A DNA stretch of 64,000 bases from Gemmatimonadales bacterium. Lineage in GTDB: Bacteria; Gemmatimonadota; Gemmatimonadetes; Gemmatimonadales; GWC2-71-9. Where the stretch lies: contig JBBCJC010000002.1 of the NCBI GenBank assembly GCA_037189525.1, positions 832,001-896,000 of the forward strand, in the 5' to 3' direction. A program made the position numbers and the translations under genes. The notes beneath the pieces are model-generated. The model worked only from the letters and a program-made list of their open reading frames with translations. It did no database searches and was not told the origin of the DNA. Positions 20,201 through 31,600 of this stretch are shown in pieces. Numbering within the stretch: the first letter of the stretch is position 1; each line of letters starts with the position of its first letter.

Positions 20201-20716
20201 TATGTCGCCGTCCTGGCCATGGATCGGACTCGATTCGGCCGGCAGGCGAGTCCAGCACTTCGGTCGCTGCTTCGATTGTCCGGTGCCGAAGGGGGGCCGT
20301 CCGCCAGTGGCGACGGTGCGCTCGAAGCCGAACTCACTGCCCGGCGCGGGCGTGCGCGCTACGACTATCTGGCCGATCGGATTCGCGGGCAGGTCTGCGC
20401 GGTGCTCGGCCTGTCTGATACGCAGCTGGCGTCGGACAATGAAGGGTTGACGGTGCTCGGGATGGACTCGTTGATGGCGATGGAACTGCGGACCCGACTG
20501 CAGCAGCTCACGGGACGTTCCTTCCCGGCCACCATCGCGTTTGAGCACCCCACCGTGGCGGCGCTGACGACCGTGGTACTGTCGGCGCTGGCGTTGCCGG
20601 ATGACGGGCCGGAGGACTCGGGAGACTCGACCGACGGTACCGAAGACGAGGCTGATCTCGCGGCGGATGAGATTGCCCGGCTGCTCAACGAAGAACTCGA
20701 TCGCGGGGGATTCTGA
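14261..20716 (+). CDS. Type I PKS, single module KS-AT-DH-ER-KR-ACP
   Basis: Start reassigned to ATG 14261 ([18 protein letters not shown] docking helix). KS DTACSSS/ETHGTGT/NIGHTE; AT GHSIG...[54 protein letters not shown]. Confidence 0.96.
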   Translation: MTDSSHRELLKESLAAIDRLKARLAAAEEARREPIAIVGLGCRYPGADSPAALWTLLDEGRDAVCEVPADRWDGDALYDPDPKAPGKSITKRGGFIGRVDGFDAGFFGISPREAATLDPQQRLLLEVAWETLEDAGIAPDSLGATSTGVYVGITTSDYAQRLKLGTASDSDVYAATGNALNAAAGRVAFVLGLQGPCLAIDTACSSSLVAVHQACQALRAGECDLALAGGVNVMLSSAPFVLFSKWGMLAPDGRCKAFDAEADGMVRAEGCGMIALKRLSDAQAAGDTVLAVIRGSAVNHDGRSSGLTVPNGPAQQAVIRRALAAAGVDPADIDYVETHGTGTPLGDPIEAEALGEALRPGRPADRPALIGSIKTNIGHTESASGLAGLLKVVLALRHQRIPAQLHFRTPSPRIPWSTLPLAVAAEAKPWPADGARPRLAGVSSFGFSGTNAHVVLGEAPRAGSSAAAAPDRPAHLLSFSARTPTALRSTAEAYRDLLVDPNADLAAIATAAGTGRARLPERLALGAVNAADAGQQLERWLAGELSAAVTGRVEAGHEPRVAWLFTGQGSQYLGMGEELYRTAPVFRAAIDRCAGLLAAERAESLTDVLFGHASLAPDLMDQTGWTQPALFALEYGLTELLRSWGLRPSAVIGHSIGEFVAATVAGVLPLESAVRLVAARAALMQSLPAGGGMAALDLDEAAVRALPEVATGQLSVAAVNGPTNLVVSGPAAIVGAVADRIAATGGRATRLTVSHAFHSSLMDPVLAEFRSVAAQQRFGRSQLPLATNVTGALAGPDDLDAEYWVNQLRGTVRFADGVRTLGTLGCDAFLEIGPHPVLLPMARQSLGDRPGAAWLPSLRKGRGAWTTMLESMAALLARGAGFDWTGFDGGVRRARVTVPGTSFERRPHWIEAGSGAAHAPGARDTGHPLLGHRMAGPGEAARFVSEVSVETIPFLRDHVVAGLTVFPGTGYLELAAAAMRAEHGGSPILVDNFEIAQPLILREGERSLVHVTLTRDAIGATASIASSSGDTTQWRDHATARVRVGSPAASNQAGPFVQVRGAGSTTVDVPAYYDACAALGLEYGPTFRGLEALGFGPDGAWGTIAVPSDAADGSAWILHPAVLDACFHVLGAQLMHEAQGQARRIYLPVGIDQVAVFGAVGRRVHCSARVVPASSDAGVRQVDLRLEDEQGLVVALITGLRLRATDPDQARQLLQAEGTKPEGLVRSWDQLTDVKSPPRLAGHTVLIGASDGVAGMVAIDWMTRGIGCDIIAPQEIAGLDRAGLAARMAGPDGAAPVWVIDCAATDLDAWTGGDPEAESARQFERFLTVSQTLVEAYPSAGLGLVTRVAHGVVPTDRPDVRQATLLGLARTAAVERSGAPAFRLDLASDDDLNPAEALLLAIARCGEDGETAVRGKRTFGDRLDPSVALEGAGRRSVLRIRERGVLENLDVAVENRRRPGAGEVEIEVRAAGLNFRDVLNALGAYPGDAGPLGSECSGLIVAVGEGVEGLSPGDRVVAFASESIASHVTTSAELVLRLPDHVDFDAAVAIPNAYVTASYALEAVAGLRSGQRVLIHAAAGGVGLAAVRLARSLGAEVIATAGSPEKRSRVLAEGAMRVFDSRSPDFADAVLEVTGGKGVDVVLNSLAGPFIAESFRALAQGGVFLEIGKSGIWTPDEAAGRAPGVRYEIIDVGQVIQTDLPVIRRIFERAVERVASGECPALPTEPFALDDAVAAFRHMAMARHVGKIVLHPKRSVTIRGDATYLVTGAFGGLGWAMAEWLVDNGARHLVLVGRRGGAGHEVEIGALVAQGVTVHAVAADVGSRAAVARIWQDVLTRTPPLRGIVHAAGVVDDALLPLQSRERYDTVAGPKSIAAWHLHDASRGNELDFFALFSSASAAMGAPGQANYAAANASLDTLASWRRREGHPATSIAWGPWAEVGMAARVDESARRRWAEIGLTPITPEVGRAAFGAILAADTEYVAVLAMDRTRFGRQASPALRSLLRLSGAEGGPSASGDGALEAELTARRGRARYDYLADRIRGQVCAVLGLSDTQLASDNEGLTVLGMDSLMAMELRTRLQQLTGRSFPATIAFEHPTVAALTTVVLSALALPDDGPEDSGDSTDGTEDEADLAADEIARLLNEELDRGGF

Positions 20717-20720
20717 CCGC

Positions 20721-23700
20721 ATGACCGATCCGAAGACCGATCGCGGTACGGATGCCGCCGCGCTGCGTCGTGCGTTAGGCGCGATTCGTGACCTGCGAAG
20801 CCGGCTGGATCAGGCGGAGCGGGCCAGCCGGGAGCCGATTGCCGTGGTGGGGTTGGGCTGCCGCTTCCCCGGTGGCGCCGATACGCCGGAGCGGTTGTGG
20901 GAGATCCTCGAGAACCGTCGCGACGTCGTCCGCGAAGTGCCGCGCGACCGCTGGGACATCGATGCCTTTTACGATCCGAATCCGGAAGCGGTGGGTCGGA
21001 TGTACTGTCGGGACGGCGGATTCCTCGATTCGCCGCTCGATCGGTTCGACTCCCGGTTCTTTGCGATGCCGCCCCGGGAAGCCCGAAGCCTCGATCCGCA
21101 GCAGCGCCTGATCCTCGAAACGTCGTGGGAAGCGCTCGAGCATGCGGGCATCGCACCCGCGAGCCTGGCGGGGACGGACGTGGGCATTTTCGTCGGCGTG
21201 AGCTCGAGCGACTATGGCATGATGCGGCAGCGGTATGCCGACGGCAAAGAGCTCGATCCGTACATGGGCACCGGTGGGGCCTTCAGCACGGTGTCCGGCC
21301 GGGTGGGTCACTTCCTGGGCGTACACGGGCCCAATCTGATCCTCGATACCGCCTGCTCGTCCTCGTTGGTGACGATTGCGCTTGCCGTGCAGTCGCTGCG
21401 GGCCGGCGCGTGTTCGCTGGCGCTGGCGGGCGGCGTCAATGTCATGCTGTCGCCGTACACCACGGTGCTGATGTGCAACCTCCGCGCGCTGTCGCCCACC
21501 GGGCGGTGCCGCAGCTTCGAGAGCCGGGCCGACGGATACGTGCGCGGTGAAGGGGCCGGGATGGTGGCCTTGAAGCGCCTGTCCGACGCCGAGCGAGATG
21601 GCGACCGGATCATGGCCGTGATTCGTGGCGTGGCGATCAATCACGACGGCCGCAGCTCCGGGCTCACGGTGCCTAACGGCGCGGCGCAGCAGCGGGTCAT
21701 CCGGGCAGCGCTCGAGGATGCCGGCCTGTCGCCGGACGAGGTGCAGTACGTCGAGGCGCACGGGACCGGAACCGCCTTGGGCGATCCGATCGAGGTCCGC
21801 GCGCTGGGTGAGGTCTTTGCGCGCGGAAACGGCGCTCCGCCGCTCCTGGTCGGCGCGATCAAGACCAACATTGGCCACCTCGAAGCGGCGGCCGGCATCT
21901 CCGGCGTGGCCAAGTGCCTGCTGGCGCTCGAGCACGATCTGATTCCTCCGCAGATCCATTTCGAAACGCCAAGCCCGCATGTCGACTGGGAGGCTGTGGG
22001 GGTCCGGGTGGTTGCGGAGCCGACGGCGTGGCGTCCCGGTCGCCGGATTGCGGGGATCAGCGGCTTCGGCATCAGCGGGACCAATGCGCATCTGATTTTC
22101 GAGTCCGCCCCTGCTCGTACCCGCGAGCCGGCCGCGCCCTATCCGATCCAGGTCGTTCCGGTCTCGGGGGTAACGACCCAGGCTGTTGCCGACCTGGCAG
22201 GCCGATTCGCTGACCGTCTGGATGCCGCGCCGCTGCCGCTCGGTGATGTGGCGGCGACCGCCGCGCTCGGCCGCTCACACTTCGATACCCGGGCCGCGAT
22301 TGTCGCTGCGGACGCCGAGGAGGCTGCCGGCAAACTGCGCCGACTGGCGGCTGGAACCGGAGACGGCGTCGTGACCGGCACGGTGGGCGCGGCGCCTCGG
22401 ATCGCGTTCATGTTCACCGGTCAGGGGTCGCAGTACGTCGGGATGGCCCGGGCGCTCTATCAGTCGTTGCCCGCCTTCCGCGCCGCGGTCGATCGCTGCG
22501 CGGAATCGATCGATCCCCGCCTGACCGTTCCCCTCAGGCAGGCCCTCTTCGAGGGAGACGACAACGCCCAAGCCGCGATCCATCAGACCGCGCTGACGCA
22601 GCCGGCGCTGTTCGTCGTCGAATATGCCCTGGCCGATGTCCTTCGCGGTCTAGGCATTCGCCCCGACGTGGTGCTTGGCCATTCGATCGGTGAGTATGTC
22701 GCAGCCGTCGTGGCGGGGGCGTTGCCGCTCGAACAGGCGCTCGCGCTGGTGGTCGAACGCGGGCGACTGATGCAGAGCACCGCCGCGGGCGGAGCAATGG
22801 CAGCGGTTGCGCTCGATCAAACGTCGGTTGCGGCGCTCTGTGCGCAGCACGGGGTCGATCTGGCTGCCGTCAACGGGCCGGCCAGCTGTGTCATTGCCGG
22901 CGCGGCCGAGGCCGTCGATGCCGCCGTGGCAGCAGCCAAGGCGCGAGGCGCGCGTGCGACGAGACTGACCGTCTCTCACGCCTTTCATTCCCGGCTGATG
23001 GACCCGATCCTCGATGCCTTCGAGCAAGCGGCCGAGGGGCTCACGGCGACCGACCCGGCCGTGCCGGTCATTTCCAATCGGACGGCAGCTGCGCTGACTC
23101 GCCAACAACTCCAGGATCCCAAGTACTGGCGCGACCACCTTCGCGGTACCGTCCGGTTCGCGGATGGCGTGGCTGAGCTGGCCCGCCGCGGGGTCGATCT
23201 GGTCGTCGAAATCGGGCCGACCCCGGCATTGACTCCCGCGGCGACCGAGTCGTATCCGGAATCCAGCGTGCGCTGGCTTTCGACCCTCCGAAAGGGGCGG
23301 GATGACTGGCGCGCCTTCGGTGAATGCCTGGCCGGTTTGTACGTCGCCGGAGCGCCGATCGACTGGAAGCGCTGGATTGGGCCGCAGAACGGTGAGCGGG
23401 TCCCGATGCCCAGCTACCCATTCCAGTCGGAGCCGCTCTGGATTGGCTGGACGCCCCCGCGTCCCTTCGATGTCGAGTGGTCCGAGCGTAAGGGCGGGGC
23501 CCTGATCCGGCAGAGCGGACACCATCCGTTAATCGGTGGCCGGCTCGATAGCGCCATGACGATCCATCAGGGTGCCATCGACCTGAGCGAACTTCCCTAC
23601 CTGGCCGACCACCGGATCTATGACGTTGCCCTGTTTCCGGGAACCGGTTTCCTGGAAGTCGCCTTGGCGTCACTCGGCGACGGTCAGCAAACGGACCTGC

Positions 23701-26700
23701 CGCTGGTACGTAATGTCTCGGTCGTACAGCCGCTGCTGTTGGATGACGATGCACCGAGTGCGCTGCAGGTGGTTCGATCGCCGGATGGCAGGCAGCTGCA
23801 GATCTTCGGCCGCGCCGGTCAGGACGGTGGAGACGCCACTTGGACACTGCACGCGTCGGCGGAAATCGGAGACCGCTTCGCAGGTCCCGCTGCCGACATC
23901 AAGTCTGTCGAGTCGGTTGCCGCCCGTTGTGACGAGCGCATCGACGTGGCGGCGCATTACGCGCGTCTGGCCGAGGTCGGCGCCAACTACGGTCCGGCAT
24001 TTCAGGGCATTGCGCAGCTGACCCGCCACGACGGCGAGGCGCTGGCCAGGTTGGCGCTGCCCGCGTCGGTGCGCGACGGAGCCGCCGACTATCTCGTCCA
24101 CCCGGCCCTGCTCGATGCGGCCCTCCAGGCCTTGTCCGCGGCCGTACCGACCGATGTCGCGAGCGGGTTGACGGAGATCTTCGTTCCGGTCGGGATGGAG
24201 CAGGTTCGGGTGCACCGCGCTGGCGTTGCGGACGCCTGGTGCCATGTCACCCTCACGACGGCGCTGTCTGCAGCGTCCGATTCGTTGCGGGCCGATATCG
24301 TGCTGACCGCGGACGACGGCGCGCCCGTCATCGAGATCCGCGGCCTCGAAGCGCGGCGGATCAGTCGGGCCACGCTGGTACGGCTGCTTGGTGCACGCGC
24401 CGAGCGGGCGTTGACGTACGAAGTGGCCTGGCGCGCGGTCGATGCGCCGGCCGCCCCGAGCGACGAATCGAAGGGCAGCTGGCTGATCGTGGGCGACGAC
24501 GCATCCCTGACTGCCGATCTGGCGGGTGAACTCGGCCGGCTCGGACACCGCGTCCATCGGGCCGCGTTCGGTACCGTCCTCGATACGGGATCAGAAACCT
24601 GGACCGTCGATCCCACTGATCCGAGCCAGGTCCGCAGTCTGGTCGACGCGCTGCACGCAGGAGGCGCCACGGTTCGCGGGGTGGCCTATCTGCCCGAGGC
24701 ACACGATGCATTGGCGTCCGACCAGAACGATGATGCAGCGCTTCGCCGGTCGCGGCAGCTCGCGGGTCTGTTTCATCTTGCGCAGCAGCTGGCGGACGGG
24801 CGCGGTTGGTTGCTCACCCGAGGTGCGACGCCTGCCGCGGGTACCGTACCCGACCCGGATCAAGCGGCCCTCTGGGGCCTAGCAGGTGTGGCCGCAGCCG
24901 AGTACCCGTCGACCGGTTGGCGCCGGATCGATCTCGATCCCGCTCTGGCATCTCCTGACAATGCGGTGCGGGCCGCGGCGGCGCTGCTCGCGACCGACGA
25001 GGAAACCCAGATCGCCTTGCGCGGCGCCGTGCGCTATGCACCGCGCTTGGTGAGAAAAACGGTCACACCGGTTTCCGATGCGGTGAGCCTCGAGATCCGA
25101 AATCGCGGGATGCTCGAGAACCTGTCACTCGACGCCTTGAATCGGGCAGCGCCCGGGCCGCGTGAGGTCGAGATCCAGGTCCACGCCTCGGGCCTCAATT
25201 TCCGGGACGTCCTCAACGCGCTCGGCATGTATCCCGGCGATCCCGGTCCGCTCGGCAACGAGGTGGCCGGTATCGTCACCGCCATTGGCGCCGAGGTCAC
25301 GACGCTGTCCCTCGGCGACGAGGTCATCGCGATGCCTCGGCGCGGGATGGCGAGCTACGTCATCGCCTCCGAAACGCTCACGGTTCGCAAACCGGCGTCG
25401 CTCTCGTTTGCCGAGGCGGCGACCATCCCGGTCACGTTCCTGACGGCCGATTTCTCTCTCCATCGTCTTGCGAAGCTTGCTCCAGGGCAGCGGGTTCTGA
25501 TCCATGCCGCCACCGGTGGCGTCGGTATGGCGGCGATTCAGCTCGCCAAGCGCGCGGGCGCGGAGATCATCGGCACGGCGGGATCGCCGGCCAAACGGGC
25601 GCTGGCGCGACAGCTGGGCGCCGACCATGTCTTCGACTCGCGGTCGGTCAGTTTTGCGAGCGATGTGGAGCAGCTCGTCGGGTCGCGAGGTGTGGATGTC
25701 GCCGTCAATTCGCTGGCCGGAGACTTCATTCCGGCGACCCTGCGCCTGATTCGTGAGGGCGGCCATTTCATCGAACTGGGCAAGACCGGAGTCTGGGACG
25801 AAGCCTCCGTGGCGCGCGAGTACCCTGGGGTCGGCTACCACGTCTTCTTCCTGGGCGAGGTCGCGGTCACCGATCCGGAGTTGGTCCGCAGCCGGTTGCT
25901 TGCGCTGCTGGCGGACTTCGAGTCGGGCGCGCTGACGCCGTTGCCGCAGCATGTCTTCCCGCTGTCGGAAGCAATCGACGCCTTCCGGTTCATGGCGCAA
26001 GCCAAGCATACCGGCAAGGTGGTGCTGACGCAGCGCCATGGCCCGATCGTGCGCGACGATGCCAGCTACCTGATTACCGGGGGGCTGGGTGGACTCGGGT
26101 TGGCGGTCACCGGGTGGCTGGCCGATCAGGGCGCGCGCCACCTTGCATTGATCGGGAGACGGGCGCCCTCGGCCGAGGCTGCCGATACGCTCGCTGCGCT
26201 CCGCGACCGCGGAGTTCGCGTCGAAGTCTTCCAGGCGGATATCTCGGTCGCGGCCGACGTTGCCCGCGTCATGGATCGGGTGAAAGCCACCATGCCCGCG
26301 CTCCGCGGCGTCGTGCATGCGGCCGGGGTCCTCGACGACCGGACCATTGCCGAACAGCAATGGGCGTCGTTCCCGGTGGCGTTGGCGCCCAAGGTCGACG
26401 GCAGCCTCAATCTGCATCGGGCCACGGCGGGCCTGCCGCTCGATTTCTTCGTGCTGTTCTCCTCGGTGGCGCCGCTCTTCGGTTCGCCGGGGCAGAGCAG
26501 CTATGCGGCCGGCAACAGCTTCATGGACGGCCTGGCACACGCGCGCCGCGGCCGAGGTCTGCCAGCTCTGAGCATCAACTGGGGTAGTTGGGCGGAAGTG
26601 GGCATGGCGGCCGGGGTGGATGAGGCGCACCGCCGTCGATGGGCCTCGATGGGAATGGAGATGCTCCGGCCCGATGAGGCGCTTGCCACGCTGGGTCGTC

Positions 26701-27242
26701 TGCTGGGAGGCAATGCCGGCGCCCAGGCGGCGGTGATTCCGATCGTGGCGAATAAGCTCGGCGGCGGACGGCCCAATCCCTTCCTGAGCGAACTGGTCCG
26801 GACCGCGCCGGCCGCTCCGTCTGCTCGAGGGAACATCCGCGCTCGGCTCGGCGAGGTCGCGCCCGATCAGCGTCTGCCGATGTTGATCGATCATCTGCGC
26901 GGGCAGCTCGCGCAGGTGCTGGCGCTCGACCTCGCCGCGGTCGACGCCGACCGGTCTATCGTCGAGTTGGGTCTCGACTCGCTGATGGCGATGGAGCTGC
27001 GGAATCGTCTGGAGTCGCAGCTCAAGCTTGCCGTCCCGGTTGCGGACCTCCTCGAAGGTCCGTCGCCCCGCCGGCTCGCAACCATCGTGGCCGATCGGAT
27101 GCAGCTGGGCACCGATGCCGGCTCCGAAACCAGCGCCGAAGACGAAGCGGCGCGACTGCTGGAACAGATCGACGAGCTTTCCGAGGCAGATCTGGATGCG
27201 CAGCTCGCTCGGCTGCTGGCCGAACGGGGCGATCCGTCGTAG
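20721..27242 (+). CDS. Type I PKS, single module KS-AT-DH-ER-KR-ACP with C-terminal docking-like tail
   Basis: Start reassigned to ATG 20721, 4 bp after the PKS3 stop. KS DTACSSS/EAHGTGT/NIGHLE; AT GHSIG...VSHAFHS; DH HRIYDVALFP; ER LIHAATGGVG; KR LDD, GQSSYAAGN; ACP LGLDSL; no TE or R domain. Confidence 0.96.
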   Translation: MTDPKTDRGTDAAALRRALGAIRDLRSRLDQAERASREPIAVVGLGCRFPGGADTPERLWEILENRRDVVREVPRDRWDIDAFYDPNPEAVGRMYCRDGGFLDSPLDRFDSRFFAMPPREARSLDPQQRLILETSWEALEHAGIAPASLAGTDVGIFVGVSSSDYGMMRQRYADGKELDPYMGTGGAFSTVSGRVGHFLGVHGPNLILDTACSSSLVTIALAVQSLRAGACSLALAGGVNVMLSPYTTVLMCNLRALSPTGRCRSFESRADGYVRGEGAGMVALKRLSDAERDGDRIMAVIRGVAINHDGRSSGLTVPNGAAQQRVIRAALEDAGLSPDEVQYVEAHGTGTALGDPIEVRALGEVFARGNGAPPLLVGAIKTNIGHLEAAAGISGVAKCLLALEHDLIPPQIHFETPSPHVDWEAVGVRVVAEPTAWRPGRRIAGISGFGISGTNAHLIFESAPARTREPAAPYPIQVVPVSGVTTQAVADLAGRFADRLDAAPLPLGDVAATAALGRSHFDTRAAIVAADAEEAAGKLRRLAAGTGDGVVTGTVGAAPRIAFMFTGQGSQYVGMARALYQSLPAFRAAVDRCAESIDPRLTVPLRQALFEGDDNAQAAIHQTALTQPALFVVEYALADVLRGLGIRPDVVLGHSIGEYVAAVVAGALPLEQALALVVERGRLMQSTAAGGAMAAVALDQTSVAALCAQHGVDLAAVNGPASCVIAGAAEAVDAAVAAAKARGARATRLTVSHAFHSRLMDPILDAFEQAAEGLTATDPAVPVISNRTAAALTRQQLQDPKYWRDHLRGTVRFADGVAELARRGVDLVVEIGPTPALTPAATESYPESSVRWLSTLRKGRDDWRAFGECLAGLYVAGAPIDWKRWIGPQNGERVPMPSYPFQSEPLWIGWTPPRPFDVEWSERKGGALIRQSGHHPLIGGRLDSAMTIHQGAIDLSELPYLADHRIYDVALFPGTGFLEVALASLGDGQQTDLPLVRNVSVVQPLLLDDDAPSALQVVRSPDGRQLQIFGRAGQDGGDATWTLHASAEIGDRFAGPAADIKSVESVAARCDERIDVAAHYARLAEVGANYGPAFQGIAQLTRHDGEALARLALPASVRDGAADYLVHPALLDAALQALSAAVPTDVASGLTEIFVPVGMEQVRVHRAGVADAWCHVTLTTALSAASDSLRADIVLTADDGAPVIEIRGLEARRISRATLVRLLGARAERALTYEVAWRAVDAPAAPSDESKGSWLIVGDDASLTADLAGELGRLGHRVHRAAFGTVLDTGSETWTVDPTDPSQVRSLVDALHAGGATVRGVAYLPEAHDALASDQNDDAALRRSRQLAGLFHLAQQLADGRGWLLTRGATPAAGTVPDPDQAALWGLAGVAAAEYPSTGWRRIDLDPALASPDNAVRAAAALLATDEETQIALRGAVRYAPRLVRKTVTPVSDAVSLEIRNRGMLENLSLDALNRAAPGPREVEIQVHASGLNFRDVLNALGMYPGDPGPLGNEVAGIVTAIGAEVTTLSLGDEVIAMPRRGMASYVIASETLTVRKPASLSFAEAATIPVTFLTADFSLHRLAKLAPGQRVLIHAATGGVGMAAIQLAKRAGAEIIGTAGSPAKRALARQLGADHVFDSRSVSFASDVEQLVGSRGVDVAVNSLAGDFIPATLRLIREGGHFIELGKTGVWDEASVAREYPGVGYHVFFLGEVAVTDPELVRSRLLALLADFESGALTPLPQHVFPLSEAIDAFRFMAQAKHTGKVVLTQRHGPIVRDDASYLITGGLGGLGLAVTGWLADQGARHLALIGRRAPSAEAADTLAALRDRGVRVEVFQADISVAADVARVMDRVKATMPALRGVVHAAGVLDDRTIAEQQWASFPVALAPKVDGSLNLHRATAGLPLDFFVLFSSVAPLFGSPGQSSYAAGNSFMDGLAHARRGRGLPALSINWGSWAEVGMAAGVDEAHRRRWASMGMEMLRPDEALATLGRLLGGNAGAQAAVIPIVANKLGGGRPNPFLSELVRTAPAAPSARGNIRARLGEVAPDQRLPMLIDHLRGQLAQVLALDLAAVDADRSIVELGLDSLMAMELRNRLESQLKLAVPVADLLEGPSPRRLATIVADRMQLGTDAGSETSAEDEAARLLEQIDELSEADLDAQLARLLAERGDPS

Positions 27243-27266
27243 CTCATCGCGCGGCTCGAACATGCA

Positions 27267-27303
27267 AGAAGGGGCCGGTCTCTGTGTGAGACCGGCCCCT
27301 TCT
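27267..27303. terminator. Perfect 16-bp hairpin between convergent genes; probable bidirectional terminator ending the PKS operon
   Basis: AGAAGGGGCCGGTCTC-tgtgt-GAGACCGGCCCCTTCT. Confidence 0.85.
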
Positions 27304-27322
27304 CAATCTGATGCACTATGTC

Positions 27323-28609
27323 CTACTGGGCGGCAGGGCCTTTGACCACCTTGCCCGCGTGCATCACCCAGCTGACCCGCTCCGTTACCGTGATGTCCTG
27401 GAGCGGATCGCCGGGCACGGCAATCAGGTCTGCCAGCCGCCCGGCCTCGATCACACCGCGGTCGGTCTTGCCCAACGCATCCGCTGCGTTCACCGTGGCC
27501 GTGCGCAGGGCATCGATCGATGACAGCCCGTATTTGACGTAGAGCGCCAGCTCCTTGGCATTCTCGCCGTGCGGGTAGACGCCGGCATCCGTTCCGAACC
27601 CGATCTTCACGCCCGCCGCGATGGCTTTCTTGAGGCTCTCTTGCGCAATCGGCAGGATCGTCTCCGCTTTCTTGCGGATCAGGGCAGGCAGCACGGCAAG
27701 ATTGATCCGTCCGACGAGATAGGTGGTCGGAACCAGATAGGTACCGTGCTGCTTCATCAGCTGGATCGCCTCGTCATCGAGTTCCGAGCCGTGCTCGATC
27801 GAGGTGACGCCGGCGCGCACCGCCGCTTTGATCCCGGCGTTGCCGTGCGAATGGGCCGCCACGCGGACCCCGTGGCGCGCGGCCTCATCCACCATCGCCT
27901 TGAGTTCTTCGTAGCTGTACTGCTGCGCGCCAACCGGACCCTCGAGCGACAGGACGCCGGCGGTTGCGCAGGTCTTGATGACTTGCGCCCCGTGCTTGAT
28001 CTGATACCGGACGGCCCGGACCACGTCCCACGGCCCATCCGCCACGCCATCCTCGACGCGCTGCTCCAGCACACCGGGCGCGAATCCGGTCAGGTCGCAA
28101 TGTCCGCCCGTAATGCCGAGCGCGTTGCGGGAGGGAATCACGTGCGGGCCGGTGATGATCCCCTTCTCGATGGCATGGCCGAGCGCCACGGTGTTGTCGC
28201 CGCCGAAATCGCGGACCGTGGTCACGCCCGCGTTGATGGTCCGCAGGGCGTACTGCACCGTGTTGAACGCTTCGGCGGCCGGCGTCGTCGTCGCGGCGGC
28301 GGTAAACGAGCTCGCGCCGATTTCCCCGGAAAGGTGGGTGTGCAGGTCGATCAGGCCGGGCAGCAGCGTCACGTCGCCCAGATCGATGGTGCGCGCGCCG
28401 CGGGGGGCCGAGGCCGGATTGACGGCCTTGATCCGGTCGCCCTCGATCACGAGGACGGGGTTGCGCACCAGCTGGCCTCCGACCACGTCGACCATTCGGG
28501 CGGCGCGGATCACGATCGGGGTGGCAGCTTGCTGCGCGCCGAGTGGCGTGATCTCGCCTGCTGCGCTGGTGAGGATCAGGGCGGACAGGGCGACTGCGGA
28601 CAGACGCAT
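27323..28609 (-). CDS. Secreted metal-dependent amidohydrolase (Xaa-Pro dipeptidase-like, amidohydrolase superfamily)
   Basis: Signal peptide MRLSAVALSALIL; PGLIDLHTH, AAHSHG, SIEHG and GTDAG metal-ligand motifs. Confidence 0.88.
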   Translation of the reverse strand: MRLSAVALSALILTSAAGEITPLGAQQAATPIVIRAARMVDVVGGQLVRNPVLVIEGDRIKAVNPASAPRGARTIDLGDVTLLPGLIDLHTHLSGEIGASSFTAAATTTPAAEAFNTVQYALRTINAGVTTVRDFGGDNTVALGHAIEKGIITGPHVIPSRNALGITGGHCDLTGFAPGVLEQRVEDGVADGPWDVVRAVRYQIKHGAQVIKTCATAGVLSLEGPVGAQQYSYEELKAMVDEAARHGVRVAAHSHGNAGIKAAVRAGVTSIEHGSELDDEAIQLMKQHGTYLVPTTYLVGRINLAVLPALIRKKAETILPIAQESLKKAIAAGVKIGFGTDAGVYPHGENAKELALYVKYGLSSIDALRTATVNAADALGKTDRGVIEAGRLADLIAVPGDPLQDITVTERVSWVMHAGKVVKGPAAQ

Positions 28610-28649
28610 GGATTCCTCCGAAGGGCAATCAACGAATATCGTGGGTCAC

Positions 28650-28679
28650 AAAGAAAACGGGGGGCTTGGGGGCCCCCCG
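28650..28679 (-). terminator. Rho-independent terminator after sucA
   Basis: On the minus strand CGGGGGGC-loop-GCCCCCCG followed by TTTTCTTT, about 11 bp after the stop codon. Confidence 0.8.
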
Positions 28680-28690
28680 CGGGAGTCGCG

Positions 28691-31600
28691 TCAGGTCAGT
28701 GCTTCGTTGACGATCCGTTCCTGCTCGATCGCATGCGCGTAGGTGTTGCCCTCGGCCGGGCTGGCCCGATCGGGCCGGCCGACATACCGGAGTGACATCC
28801 GTTCGGGCAGGAGCCGGTGCAGGCGCGGCGCGACGAAGGTCCAGGCGCCCATGTTGCGCGGCTCTTCCTGGCACCAGACGAGTTCGGTCGCGTTGGGATA
28901 CGCGGCCAGGGCCTCGCTGACCTCGGATTCCGGGAAGACGTAGAGCTGTTCCACCCGTACCAGCGCCGGACGCGGGCTGCTGGACTTTTCGGCCGCCGCC
29001 AGCAGATCGTAGTAGACCTTGCCCGAGCACATCACCACGCGCGTGACCGCATCGGCCTGTTGCAGCGCCGTCGGGTCGTTCAAGACCGGATGGAACTTGC
29101 CTTCCGAGAGCTCGCTCAGCGTGGACGAGGCCTGGGACAGACGCAACAGGCTCTTGGGTGTGAAGATCACCATCGGCCGCTGCCGCTTGCGGTGTGCCTG
29201 CTGGCGCAGCGTGTGGAAGTACTGCGCCGACGTGGTGCAGTTGCGGAGGCGTATGTTGTCTTCGGCTGCGAGCTGGAGGAACCGTTCCATCCGGGCGCTC
29301 GAATGCTCGGGGCCCTGGCCTTCGTACCCGTGCGGCAGCAGCAGCGTGAGGCGCGAGGTGACACCCCACTTCGACAGACTCGCCGTCATGAACTGGTCGA
29401 CGATGACCTGGGCGCCGTTGATGAAGTCGCCGAACTGCGCTTCCCAGAGCACCATCGCTTCGCGCGCCGCAACGTTGTAGCCGTACTCGAAACCCAGCGT
29501 CGCGAGCTCGGAGAGCGGGCTGTTGTGTACTTCGAACGACGCCGTGGCGCCCGGCAGATGTTGCATCGGGCAGGTCGTGGCGCCGTTGACGGCGTCGTGC
29601 AGGACCAGATGGCGATGGCTGAACGTGCCGCGCTCCGAGTCCTGTCCGGTCAGCCGGATCGGAATTCCCTCGGTCACCAGCGAGGCAAAGGCGAGCGCTT
29701 CGGCATGGCCCCAGTCGATTCCGCCCTCCGGACCCATCGTCGTACGGCGACGCTCCAACTGGCGGACCAGCTTCGGGTGGACCGTGAAGCCTTCCGGGTA
29801 GGTGAGCAGCTGATCGTTGAGCGCAATCAGCGTTTCCGCCGGGACCGCCGTTACCGGCTCCTCGCGCGAGACCTTGTTCGGCGGGGCTTCGGCCTGCGCG
29901 GGCTGTGCCTGCGAGGCCTTGAATCGCTGCTGCAGGTCGACCAGATGCTGATAGGCCGCTTCATACCGGCGCTCGGCGTCCTCGGCGGTGAGGATGCCCT
30001 CGCTGACCAGGCTTGCCGCGTATCGGGCGCGAACGGTGGGATGGTTCTTGATCCGTTCGTACATCGTCGGCTGGGTGTAGCCGGGTTCGTCGCCCTCGTT
30101 GTGGCCGTGGCGCCGATAGCCGACCAGGTCGATCACGACGTCTTCGCGGAACCGCTCTCGATACATCATGGCCAGGCGTACGGCAGCCAGGCAGGCTTCC
30201 GCATCGTCGGCATTGACGTGGATGATCGGAATGTCGAAGCCCTTGGCCAGATCGCTGGCATGCTGGGTCGACCGCGAATCGAGCGCGTCGGTGGTAAAGC
30301 CGACCTGATTGTTGGTGATGATGTGGATCGTGCCGCCCGTCGCGTAGCCGCGCAGCACGCCCAGGTTGAGCGTTTCCTGGACCACGCCCTGGCCGGCGAA
30401 GGCGGCGTCGCCATGGATGACGATCGGCAGCGCAGCCGTCGGGTCATGATAGCCGCCGCCACTCTTCCGCTGGGTCTGCTTGGCGCGTGCCCAGCCGTCG
30501 ACCACGGGGCCGACGAACTCGAGATGGCTCGGGTTGTGGGCCAGGGACACGGCAATCGACCGGCCCGTCTTCGACACGAACGCGCCCTCGGCGCCGTGAT
30601 GATACTTGACGTCGCCGGTGCCGACGTCTTCACCTTCTTCGCCCGGCTTCTTGCCGTCGAACTGCGCAAAGACGGTGACATAGGGACGGCTCAGCGTGTG
30701 GACCAGCACGTTGAGACGGCCCCGGTGCGCCATACCCAGCCCGACGTCGCGGGCGCCCTGCTCGGCGGCCATCTCGATCGCGGTGTCGAGCATCGGAACC
30801 AGCAGGTCGACGCCCTCGATCGAGAACCGCTTCTGGCCCAGGTAGGCCTTGTGCAGGAAGCGCTCGAACGCCTCGACCTGGATCAGCCGGTCGAGCAGGG
30901 TGAGCTTGGCATCGCGGTCGAGCGGAACCCGATGGGTGCCGGATTCGATCTGCTGGCGGAGCCAGACCCGCTGGTCGTGACTCGCCAGATGCTCGACTTC
31001 GTAGGCGAGGGTTCCGCAGTAGGTCGCATGCAGGTTCGGCAGCGCCTCCGCCAGCGTCGCGCCCGGGACGGCGGTGCGCAGGATGCTCGACGGGATCCGC
31101 GCCATCCGCGCTTCATCGAGGCCAAGTGACGTCGGATCCATCGCGGAGTCGCCGATGGGGGTGCCGCTCAGCGGGTCGAGCCGCGCGGCCAGATGCCCGT
31201 GGGTCCGGAAGCCCTTGAGCAGGCTCATGGCGGCGGATACGGCTTCCAGGTCGTCCAGCGTCGCGGCGGCGCCGTACGCCGCGCTCGGCCGCCCGGTCCG
31301 CGCCACCGGCGCAGTCGGGGCCGGGGCGACGGCCTCGGCGGCCGGCGCCGCGCCGAGTTGCACACCGAGCGACGCCGCCACGGCGGCGTAGAAGTCGTCC
31401 TGGCCCTGGAGCATTTGCTCCATGGTGCGCAGGAACTCGCCCGATTCGGCGCCCTGGATGATCCGATGATCGTAGGTGCTGGTGATCATCATCACCTTCG
31501 ACACGCCCAGCGCTTTGACGGCCTCCGCCGACAGGTTGCTGTACTCGGGCGGGTAGCCGATGGCGCCGACGGCGATGATGCTGCCCTGGCCCGCCATCAG

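Noticed and set aside
23610..23640. DH4 motif HRIYDVALFP with Asp in place of Gly, as a sign of an inactive DH
   Set aside because: Catalytic His, Pro and the downstream Asp (LDAALQ) are intact; this position tolerates variation
27323..28609. Adjacent amidohydrolase as the PKS release enzyme
   Set aside because: It is on the opposite strand beyond the terminator, has a signal peptide and belongs to a widespread family
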